From a virus, in IMG/VR virus record IMGVR_UViG_3300030329_006034, positions 29,793 through 93,792 of that record: a stretch of DNA of 64,000 bases; one strand, written 5' to 3'. The notes beneath the pieces were generated by a model, which was given only the letters and a program-made list of their open reading frames with translations, made no database searches and was not told the origin of the DNA. The translations under genes were made by a program, and so were the position numbers. Shown in pieces: positions 9,643 through 18,700 of this stretch; the first letter of the stretch is position 1, and the number at the start of each line of letters is the position of its first letter.

Positions 9643-10014
9643 ATGGATGGAGCGGAATTTCCTTATAGTGTAGGCCCAGAAGATAAGCCTATTAATTTTC
9701 ATATGAATGTACAGGATCAAATATCTATGTACAAAGATAATGAAAAAGATCAAAAGGCGCCGCCTATTTTACCGTTTGATCTTGAACCCATGAATCAAGA
9801 GCTGTGTGAAGTTTTCTCTAGACTAGCAAATATACGTAATATGTTAGCTCGCGCAGTTAATCAACCAGTACAGGGTGATCCTACAGAACTACCATATGAT
9901 CAAGCAGCTGGAAAAATTAATAAGGGTGCGGTACAAAACATAACCAATAAAATTGATCAGATTAATGACTTGATACTTGATATTCCGGGTGACTTGGCTA
10001 AAATAGCTATATGA
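9643..10014 (+). CDS. Hypothetical late protein
   Basis: TAAATA-N5-ATG. Confidence 0.7.
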   Translation: MDGAEFPYSVGPEDKPINFHMNVQDQISMYKDNEKDQKAPPILPFDLEPMNQELCEVFSRLANIRNMLARAVNQPVQGDPTELPYDQAAGKINKGAVQNITNKIDQINDLILDIPGDLAKIAI

Positions 10015-10469
10015 CTATTTTAAGGTCGCTTCTTATTACCATATTAGTATCAGCTGCTATTGGTTTTGGATTGCGTAATGTATTTGGATTCTGGGAAACA
10101 GCAGTTCTCGCTTTTGTTGTACAATTTTTAGCAGCGTTTATTGTCTCCTCTTTAAAAATAAACAGAGTAGATAATTTAACTGCGGAATTTGAAAACGAAC
10201 TACAGCAACTACTTGACTTAAGTGAAGTATCTATATCTTGCCCTTGCGGGAATTACTCCTTTACTGAGAATGTATTCATGAATATGGAAAGCGCATACAC
10301 TTGTGAAAAATGTAATAATGAATTTAGACTCGAAATTAATGTAACACCAACTCTTCTTACTCAGCCTATTAGTATTAACCAAACCTTTGCTGATCTTACA
10401 AAAGAAGAACTTCCAGAAGATGACGAAATTAAAATCACCTCTGAGTACAAGCAAGGAACGGAACTATAA
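10011..10469 (+). CDS. Membrane protein with two N-terminal TM helices and a Zn ribbon
   Basis: Hydrophobic residues 3-48; CPC...CEKC. Confidence 0.7.
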   Translation: MTILRSLLITILVSAAIGFGLRNVFGFWETAVLAFVVQFLAAFIVSSLKINRVDNLTAEFENELQQLLDLSEVSISCPCGNYSFTENVFMNMESAYTCEKCNNEFRLEINVTPTLLTQPISINQTFADLTKEELPEDDEIKITSEYKQGTEL

Positions 10470-10490
10470 TATAGTTGTATAGAATATGAA
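10456..10490 (+). repeat. 35-bp direct repeat, left copy
   Basis: gaacggaactataatatagttgtatagaatatgaa; 33/35 identical to 11055-11089. Confidence 0.9.
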
Positions 10491-11052
10491 CATTGATAGG
10501 TTTATCTTAAAAGATAGTAGTCCCAATACAATGGAATTACAATTTAACTCTCAAATACAACAAGATAAGTGGATTTGTCAAGTGCTTGAAAATCTAAAAA
10601 ACGGAACATGGGTCGATATAGGTTGTGGAGCTCCAATATATATCAATAATACTTACGTACTAGAAAATCAGCTAGGATGGAAAGGAATATCATTAGATCT
10701 CGATAAGAGTTCAACTGATCAATGGAGAGAAGTAGGTAGAGATACTAAAATGGTCTTTAATCAAGATGCTTTAACTACTGATTATAAAAAATTATTTGAA
10801 GAATGTAATATGCCTAAAGTTATAGATTATCTTTCTCTAGATCTTGAACCTCCGCAGTTAACATTACAGGCGTTATATAAAATACCTTTTGATGATTATA
10901 AGTTTAAGTGTGTAACTTATGAAACTGATGTTTATCGAACTCTAGAAACAGTTGAGCCTTCAAGAAAGCTTTTTGCAGAAAAAGGCTACATTTTAGTTCA
11001 AGAGATGGGTAGTCAAGATGACTTTTATATACATCCTGATTGCGTTAATTAG
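10486..11052 (+). CDS. FkbM/Methyltransf_21-like SAM-dependent methyltransferase
   Basis: NSQIQQDKW, GTWVDIG, NNTYVLE..GWKGISLD, IDYLSLDLE, final DDFY. Confidence 0.85.
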   Translation: MNIDRFILKDSSPNTMELQFNSQIQQDKWICQVLENLKNGTWVDIGCGAPIYINNTYVLENQLGWKGISLDLDKSSTDQWREVGRDTKMVFNQDALTTDYKKLFEECNMPKVIDYLSLDLEPPQLTLQALYKIPFDDYKFKCVTYETDVYRTLETVEPSRKLFAEKGYILVQEMGSQDDFYIHPDCVN

Positions 11053-11054
11053 TA

Positions 11055-11089
11055 GAACGGAACTATAATATAATTATATAGAATATGAA
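11055..11089 (+). repeat. 35-bp direct repeat, right copy
   Basis: gaacggaactataatataattatatagaatatgaa. Confidence 0.9.
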
Positions 11090-11318
11090 AAATTTTAAAT
11101 TTAATTTAAAAGATGGTAGTACCAAAACAATGGAATTTGATGAACTAGTTCGTTGGGCGTGTTTAATTGAAGCTCTTGAAGTAGTTGGCGGTCAAGAAGA
11201 CGTAGATGTAGATAGTGATAAATGGATTAAACCCTTAGCTTTCCAAAAGTATATCGACGAAAGATATCACTCTATGAGACATGACCTTAAGGTTGAGGCT
11301 TCTTTAGGTAATTTGTAA
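11085..11318 (+). CDS. Hypothetical protein
   Basis: 77-aa ORF behind GGAAC-N5-TATAAT. Confidence 0.65.
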   Translation: MKNFKFNLKDGSTKTMEFDELVRWACLIEALEVVGGQEDVDVDSDKWIKPLAFQKYIDERYHSMRHDLKVEASLGNL

Positions 11319-11319
11319 G

Positions 11320-13629
11320 CTAAGACTGTATAATTGTTATTTCGTTTCCGTTTTCGAGGTTAAAAGTCTCTCGTAGTGGGAGTTGTGAAATTAGTTCTAT
11401 AAAGTCCGGTTTATATCTTTTCATATTTTTTTCCCAACGAATTGCCCAACATGAAATAATTGTGTTGTTAATTTCTGCGAAAAGTGGGTATAATCTACAC
11501 GGAGCCGGTTCCCAGTCCGGAGCATCGTTTATTTCCGCACTAATGTAATATTTTTCCCAATTAAAATTTTTATTTAACTTAATATTTAATGTCCCTGGGT
11601 AAGGTAATTCTTCAGTGTATGTAGCTATATCTATTATTCGCGAATTATCATTTCTAACAAACGCTTTAGACGCGCCGCCTGCACCGCTTCTAACTGTCCC
11701 GGTATAAATTACCTTGGGCTGCTCTAATATAAAATATTCTGATTTTTCTTTTAAAACAGAATATCTTTTTAAGAGATTTTTCCACTTCGGGACATTTTTA
11801 TGATGTCTAGTAGGTTGATCATAGCACTTTAAAGCGTTCATTTTCTGTTCATAAACTTCATCTGTTAATTTAAACTCTGTACCGGAGCCATAACCAAAAA
11901 ATAACTTTGGCACGTTTGGGATATTTGCTACGACCCACTTATGAATAAATTTATGATGTTTATGACCATATTCACCTGCTTCAGAATGCGTTACAATTAA
12001 GTCGTATTTTGATATCATATCAATTAACATATCTGGCATCTCCAAGGTAGTAGATTTTTTAACTTCGACGAATGGCAGTGACATTGCATTTGTAATACCT
12101 AAGGTGTTTGCAGCTCTAATATAACAAACAGACCGGACTTTATCTTCAATATCAGCAGGAACAGAGCAAGTTAAGCTATCCCACGTTTTATCTGGGTTCG
12201 ACGCAATTAAACCACCGGCCCAACATGTTTCATCATCTGGATGAGCTCCTATAACTAGTATTCGCTCCGCAGCATTAATAATATTATTAATTTTTGGTTT
12301 TTGAATTTTGGTGTATACGGTTAACGATTCATAATCATGAGATCTTTTAAACAGCCCTGAGTCGTCTACCAGTTGATGTGCAATTTTACCTTTATTTGAT
12401 TTTTTAAACATTATCATTTTACCGTCATCTTTTAGCATTGTATATAATGTTTCAATTAATTTAATATCTGTCGTTTGCCCGTAGTCCTCAATATCTTTAC
12501 CTCTTTTACTACAATATTTTTTGCTATATTCACAAAGGTGAAAATTCGTAATAATATCAAAATTATTTAAAAAAGGTGCTGTATTTAAGGTATACATGTC
12601 CCCATAAAATGCTTTATACTTGAGACATAATTCCGGATCTGTCTGTAACATATTCATATATTCCTGATATTCTTTAATCGACGCAGTAATACCTAATATA
12701 TTGTGATTTCTAAGATTATCGCCTACCATATGGTGACCACCGGTGCCGATATGAAATATAGATAGATCGCTAGTGTTTAAGGACGCCACGTAATCAATAA
12801 AATGCTTATCACATGGGCATCTTTTATAATCAAATTTACACGATTTATTATATGTGTTAAATTTTTTAATAGGAGGCGGTATCTCTACATTTTTTTTATT
12901 TTTTACCGTATTTAATACATGAAGCACATCCTTTGTGTGCTTGTCATCAAAAGTCCAATTTTCTTTAATGAATCTTTTGTCTCTTAATTCGTGTTGTTTA
13001 GGGTTACCATGAAAGTAGACATATCGAGCTGCTGGTGGAATTCCTGCGTCGAAGTCACCTTCGTTACAGTGCTTTTTATAGCTTACTAGTTGACCCGGTG
13101 TTACGTCATCCCATAGAGCATCTGGTTTTACGTAATCATTAAGCCAGAACATTTCTGAAAACTGACCCTTTAAAAAATATTTTCTGTTATGAATGTCGTC
13201 GTTTTTGTTCTTTAACCACGTATTCCAGACGTAGTCAGCTTTATCTGAATTTAAAGAGACGAAACCATTGCAAAGCTTACATAAACGCCCGGGATTACGA
13301 GGGACAATGTAAGATTCTTGCCGGTGTTCTATGTCTTCTGGTGACTTAATAAATAACCCATCGAGATCCATTATTATAGCACGTTCTTTAACGATTTCAG
13401 GTCTATACATTTCTAACTTGCAACACCAACCTCTTTCTGAGTTTATAAAAGGATATGTTTGAATTTCCGGAAGAAAGCCACTTTCAAAATCAGTAACTAC
13501 ACTTAAGGTGGAGTCTGGAGACCATTTTTTAATGTTTGAGTAGAGAGAATTTACCCACTGCGGGTTATATCCCGCTCCGAAATCTCGAAACTTAGAGGGT
13601 CTTTTAAATAATGTGGTTACGTAATTCAT
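11320..13629 (-). CDS. Four-domain fusion: GT8-like glycosyltransferase + SAM methyltransferase-like + PIG-L/LmbE deacetylase + CTP-dependent riboflavin-kinase-like domain
   Basis: GWCCKLEM...IMDLD...YFHGNPK; IFHIGTG...FDIITNFH; LVIGAHPDDE...THSEAGEYGHKHH; GTVRSGAG...PYPGTLNIKL...IELIS...LRETFNLENG. Confidence 0.75.
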   Translation of the reverse strand: MNYVTTLFKRPSKFRDFGAGYNPQWVNSLYSNIKKWSPDSTLSVVTDFESGFLPEIQTYPFINSERGWCCKLEMYRPEIVKERAIIMDLDGLFIKSPEDIEHRQESYIVPRNPGRLCKLCNGFVSLNSDKADYVWNTWLKNKNDDIHNRKYFLKGQFSEMFWLNDYVKPDALWDDVTPGQLVSYKKHCNEGDFDAGIPPAARYVYFHGNPKQHELRDKRFIKENWTFDDKHTKDVLHVLNTVKNKKNVEIPPPIKKFNTYNKSCKFDYKRCPCDKHFIDYVASLNTSDLSIFHIGTGGHHMVGDNLRNHNILGITASIKEYQEYMNMLQTDPELCLKYKAFYGDMYTLNTAPFLNNFDIITNFHLCEYSKKYCSKRGKDIEDYGQTTDIKLIETLYTMLKDDGKMIMFKKSNKGKIAHQLVDDSGLFKRSHDYESLTVYTKIQKPKINNIINAAERILVIGAHPDDETCWAGGLIASNPDKTWDSLTCSVPADIEDKVRSVCYIRAANTLGITNAMSLPFVEVKKSTTLEMPDMLIDMISKYDLIVTHSEAGEYGHKHHKFIHKWVVANIPNVPKLFFGYGSGTEFKLTDEVYEQKMNALKCYDQPTRHHKNVPKWKNLLKRYSVLKEKSEYFILEQPKVIYTGTVRSGAGGASKAFVRNDNSRIIDIATYTEELPYPGTLNIKLNKNFNWEKYYISAEINDAPDWEPAPCRLYPLFAEINNTIISCWAIRWEKNMKRYKPDFIELISQLPLRETFNLENGNEITIIQS

Positions 13630-14195
13630 TCGTATTTTACAATTGTTATTTTATTTCTTATTGATTGTAGCCAAGTTTGTTCGAGCTCCGGTCTATGGAA
13701 CCGGCTATTTTTTTTGCCTCCAGGTCTGCAGGGCCAGGTTCTCGACTTAAGTCCATCAAATCCAAATACTGTAGATGATGCTGGGTGAAAAATAGTCATA
13801 AGCGCATGCACCGTTGTAGCCCCTGTTGTAGGTTCCTTATAAATTAGATTTTTACACTCTTTTACTGCCTTAACCGGTAAGTGATATTCTACGTGTTTTG
13901 AACGACGCGTCGACATTATAAGTGACTTATAATGTCGCCGTTGTATGCTGTTCCAAAGCCACTGCATTTTATATGTTTTTCTTAGTAATGACATCGCACA
14001 AATCATAATATCTGTGCGGTTTCCGAGACTCTCTGATAGCTCTGGTATAGGAAATTGAAAATTAAATCTAATAACAACGTCGTGTTCATCAATCCACGAT
14101 CCATCCTTTTTTTCTATAATTTTTTCACAATTTCCAACAACAGCAACACTTTTCCCATCAATTAAATGAGATGCATATGTTAAATCCTTACTCAT
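13626..14195 (-). CDS. GT29 sialyltransferase-like protein
   Basis: Sialylmotif L (VAVVGN...G.WIDEHDVVIRFN...LGNRT), S (PTTG...VFGFD), VS (HRPELE). Confidence 0.8.
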   Translation of the reverse strand: MSKDLTYASHLIDGKSVAVVGNCEKIIEKKDGSWIDEHDVVIRFNFQFPIPELSESLGNRTDIMICAMSLLRKTYKMQWLWNSIQRRHYKSLIMSTRRSKHVEYHLPVKAVKECKNLIYKEPTTGATTVHALMTIFHPASSTVFGFDGLKSRTWPCRPGGKKNSRFHRPELEQTWLQSIRNKITIVKYE

Positions 14196-14875
14196 TAATA
14201 CGGGGCTAATGAATCTATAGGCTCTTTTCTAGCTATGTTAATTTCTGATTCAACAGGAGAAAAGTTAACCAGGTCAATATTGAGTTTTTCGCAGCTTTCT
14301 AAAGCTAATTTAAATTTGTCCTTTAAGCGTGTAGCTCCAAGACGGAGAGGATCCGGGGTACTGTACGAACCGTAGAAAGAATCTGCTTCTAAATTTTTGA
14401 AGAAGTTCTCACCCCACTCTTGTATACTTGACTCTGTTTTATTGCAAAATTGATTCTGTAAATTGGGTCTCTTTGCTTGGTTCCACTTTTCAACCTTAGC
14501 TGGGTTGTAGTCGTGATCAAATCCTAAGAGACAAATCTTTTCTGGACGTAGCGACATCATTATCCAGTATAACCCCATAAAAAATATAGTGTACCCGCAA
14601 TGATGCTGCGGTGACTTAATATCCCAATTAAAATAATTTTTTGCGTCTTCAGCTGTTTTAGCGTATTCGTGAAATCCTACTTCTGTTCCAAATTTAAATT
14701 CACCTGGCTTAGGCTTTTGTTCTGATGGAAAATCTCCAGAACGTATCCAAGCATCGACTGGGTGATTTCTAAATAACCTCCATGCATTATTTACACAACA
14801 TACTGCATAATCATCAAGACTTACCGCGTCAACGAGTTTGGCTGAATTACCGCTTCCTACATATAATACTTTCAT
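14195..14875 (-). CDS. Maf/DUF115/GT42-like nonulosonate transferase-fold protein
   Basis: KVLYVGSGNS, CCVNNAW, YTIFFMGLYW, ICLLGFDHDY; resembles the GxGxS / N / LxGxD pattern of CstII and Maf. Confidence 0.55.
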   Translation of the reverse strand: MKVLYVGSGNSAKLVDAVSLDDYAVCCVNNAWRLFRNHPVDAWIRSGDFPSEQKPKPGEFKFGTEVGFHEYAKTAEDAKNYFNWDIKSPQHHCGYTIFFMGLYWIMMSLRPEKICLLGFDHDYNPAKVEKWNQAKRPNLQNQFCNKTESSIQEWGENFFKNLEADSFYGSYSTPDPLRLGATRLKDKFKLALESCEKLNIDLVNFSPVESEINIARKEPIDSLAPY

Positions 14876-15702
14876 AACTTTAACTCTCTTTTAACTTCTT
14901 TAATAAAATCTTCCGGTATTACATCTTTAAACTGCTCAATAACAAGATTAGTATCTAATCCCACTTCTTGATGACCGATCATATAGTTTCTGAATCGATC
15001 TTTAAGATCGTTTCGATATGGCACCCCGTCAGGTCTATCAAATCTATGGTTCCATCTTAAGAAAGGCAAGCACATTACTTTCTTACCATGTTTTCTGTAT
15101 TTTTCATGAATATACCCCTCTTCACCACCAAACCCTCTAAAGTTAGAATTAAAGCCTAGCCAACTATCTTTACGACATGTAAACAATCCTAATCCTTGCG
15201 CTTCTATTTCAAATGGGTCACTATTAGCATATTCACCTCTTGTATCCACGCCCCATTCACCCCACATATGTGCACCCCACTTACTTAAATTGAAGTGTGT
15301 ACTATAACTTTTTAAGTCATCGTAGAGCAAAGGACCATGTAGTAAATTTCCATCATCTTTCCCACTATCGTAATAATCTAAAAGTTTCTTTAACGCGCCG
15401 TTTTCAATTAACACGTGACAATCCATTACTAACACGTATTCTGTGTTTGCTAAATCAAATATCTTTGATCGCAATGCTGTGGATTGAAAGTTATCGTATT
15501 CAATATATGTTGTGGGCTCTTTAATCCAGTTTTTAAAATTATAAAGCGCTTTACCCTGATTAGAGTTAGGGTTGTTATTAATAATAACGAACTCTAGCCT
15601 GTCTAGTATATCCCTGTTATGTAATCTTGCTGATTGTAAGGTAAAATATGCCCCGTCGTAGTCATCGTATACACATATACCAATAGTAAGTTTGCCTGTC
15701 AT
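14872..15702 (-). CDS. GT-A glycosyltransferase with polypeptide GalNAc-transferase-like motifs (GT2/GT27-like)
   Basis: DxH (VMDCHV), GLFTCRK, FGGEE, HRFDR...PY, RNY...EV. Confidence 0.8.
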   Translation of the reverse strand: MTGKLTIGICVYDDYDGAYFTLQSARLHNRDILDRLEFVIINNNPNSNQGKALYNFKNWIKEPTTYIEYDNFQSTALRSKIFDLANTEYVLVMDCHVLIENGALKKLLDYYDSGKDDGNLLHGPLLYDDLKSYSTHFNLSKWGAHMWGEWGVDTRGEYANSDPFEIEAQGLGLFTCRKDSWLGFNSNFRGFGGEEGYIHEKYRKHGKKVMCLPFLRWNHRFDRPDGVPYRNDLKDRFRNYMIGHQEVGLDTNLVIEQFKDVIPEDFIKEVKRELKL

Positions 15703-15715
15703 ACGACATTACTTA

Positions 15716-18700
15716 CTAAAACTTTAGAACATTGCAACGAGGTCCTCCTCTAGATTCCGGTGGACATATTGTTGTCGGGGGCGGTGGTGTAGTTACCGTT
15801 GTCGTTGTCACCGTCGGTGTTGTAGTCGGGGTTGTAGTCCGCCGGCGACGACGCGTCGTTGAAGGAATCGGTGGAAAGACCGGATCTCCACCACCGACAA
15901 CAATTATTGGGGGCCTTGTAACTGGTGGGTTTGGCGGCCCAATGGGTTGTCCTCCAGGGGTGTCATCCGTTGGTGGGCATGGGCAACATTCGCACATTTC
16001 CCAACCTAAACCTTTATCTTTTGGCTCGAGATCTTTGGTACGAAGCTTTGCTGGCTTCTTTTTATTTTGCGGATTCATTGCAGGATCATTAACATGCATT
16101 AAAACGTCAATTGCTGGATTAAGCATAGGATTAGCATTAACAAAATCTGCATTAATAATTTTAAAACAAATCGGTCGGCATGCTTCTCTACAATCTTCAT
16201 CAAAATTTTTCGCAACGTCTTCCAGGCCTCCCTCCCAGTTTTCTTCTTCCTCTTCAGAAATTACACCGTCGTTGTTTGCGTCCTTCTTTCTGTTTGGATC
16301 AAATACAACTTCACCGTCTTCATTTTTAAACTGCTTTAACCGGTCGCCATCCTTTATATCGCCTATAGTAAGCTCGTTGCCTGGTTTAACAGCATTCCAA
16401 TTTTCATCGTTTTCTATTAAACGCTCTCTAGCCAATGCGTCGTTTATATCTTGGCGCGCTCTTTCTGGATCTGCTAATAGGTTATCAAACCTATTTAACG
16501 CCCAATCTGGTCGCTCGAGATCTTCAGGCGGCACGCCACCGTGAATTTCTTGCAACCTTCTCTCTTGCGATAATAAGGTTCGCAATTGATCTTCTTGTTG
16601 AGGAGCTAACCAGTCCTCGTTTTCAACAATTTGTTGTATAAGACCACCCACATTACCTTTAGCAATATTGTAATCTATTCGTGCCTGATTTAATCTCCCT
16701 TGTGCTTCATCTAGTTTTTCCTGTGCTGCTTCTGCCCCTGCAGACCCGGCTGGTTCTTCAGCAAGCGCCTCTTCTGCTTTTTTTACCGCTGCCAAGGCAT
16801 CTCTTCCTTCTTGTAGTGCGTCTTCAATAACGTCATCAACAAATCCCTCAGCACCAAACGGTGGATCAGTGCAGCAGTATTTTATTACAGTACCTTCTTC
16901 CACCTCAACCGGAAACTTGTCATTATCAGGAATGCCATCTTCATCTTTATCCTCCAGATCACGTACTATCTTTATACGCTGTATAGTCCACCTACCCGGC
17001 TCTACCTTTATAATTCTTATACCTCTAATCTTCCTATCAGGGTTATTCGGATCAGTAACCTTTACGCTTTCGAGTTGTCTTCTTATTTCTGCTCTTCGAG
17101 CTACTGCAGCGTCAGAATCACCACGTGGAACACTAATATTTTCAGGATCCGACCATTCCCCTTTGAAAGCCGGTTCAAATTTAACAAAGCCGAGATCAAC
17201 AAAGACGTTATTGTTTCTTGCTTTCCAATACCAGCATAGATTACAGTTTGTTGGCGGGCAACACGGGCAACATTCACACTCTCTCCATCCGAGTCCTCTA
17301 TCAACTTCTCCATCGCCGTCTGTATCGTCATCTGGTAATTCGCCATTTTCTCTAATATCTTCTGACGGTCTAGTATCCTTATTTTGATTTACCCACTCTG
17401 CATCATGAATTTTAAAACACCTTCTCTTGTCCTCATCAAGGTATTCCGCTTTCCATTGTTCGAGACGTGCCCATAGGTCATTTGCTTGTTCTGGTGTTAT
17501 ATAACCTTGATTAACAGTGAACTGAACCATCGATCGCGCTTTAAACAGATCATTTTCTAACAACGCACCAGCGACGTCAAACTCACTACGATCCGGATCT
17601 TCATCCATTCCTTCATGACGAAGTTGGTTTGGAAAAACCCCAGGTGCGAGTCCTTCCGCGTAAGTTTTTGCTTCAAATTCGGGCCCTTCCCAAAACACTA
17701 GTCCGTTTTCTGCTGTCCCGTCAAACGGTCTTAAGTAGTTGTCCCGAGCATTATCCCAAAACCACATTGCTAGTCTTTCTGCTGGAGGCGCGCATTCCGG
17801 AACACAGCACGGTGTTGTGGTACTTGTAGAAGTTGATGTTGATGTACTCGTACTAGTAGATGTAGATGTACTAGTTGAAGTAGAAGTTGAAGTAGAAGTT
17901 GATGTTGTAGTAGTTACATCATCCTTATCTGGGCAACATTCGCAATATTCCCATCCCCCAGCTGCATGACCGGCTTCGACAGGATTTTCTAGACCATTAT
18001 ATCCAATTGGTATTTCATTATCCCAGTGTCCTTTACCAAAGCGATCTTCTACTGATTGCTCGTTATCAAATTGATAAGCTGCAGCAACTAGCTCTGCTGG
18101 TGATCTATCTAAATTTTGTCGTACAAGATCTTCATTAACAATCTTGTAACACTGCCCGTCACTATCATCTAAACACTTTTCCCATTCTATGCCAGCGCTA
18201 TTATTATCCTTTACTACAAGTACAGCTGTTGGAGTAGCAGCCCACTCCCCGTTAAAGTCATCCTCTGTTGCCTGCTTTTTATCCGCCCCCGTAGCAGCGA
18301 GCTCAATATATATATTTTTATAATTGCCTTGTTTTACCTCTTCTTTGGTAGCTGTTTCTTTTTCAAAGTACCATTCACCTTTCGGCGGGCAACACTTAGG
18401 ACACGGTGTAGTAGTTGACGTGGTCGTAGGTGGACTCGTAGTAGATGTACTAGTTGATGTTGTGGTTGTAATGTCTGGTTTTCCCGGTGGTTTTTTCTTG
18501 CAGCAACGACATTCTTTCCACACTGCAGAACTTAAACTCGGATCAATACACGCTGGGTCTTCCTGTTTAGGGTTATAAGATTCAGCAGAACCATCACTAT
18601 TAGATTGACTACTTTCTCGGGAATTATACAGAGCTTCCCAATTAATTAGCCGATAGCACTTTCCATTATGTTTTATAACTATTCCCTTCTTAGCAGCTTT

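Noticed and set aside
10456-11089. CRISPR array or IS element
   Set aside because: There are only two repeats, separated by a whole gene, with no transposase or terminal inverted repeats.
11320-15702. DNA hypermodification (glucosylation-type) role for the GT cluster
   Set aside because: It sits in the late structural strand behind a virion gene, and no hydroxymethylase or modified-nucleotide genes are present in the window. It is not formally excluded.
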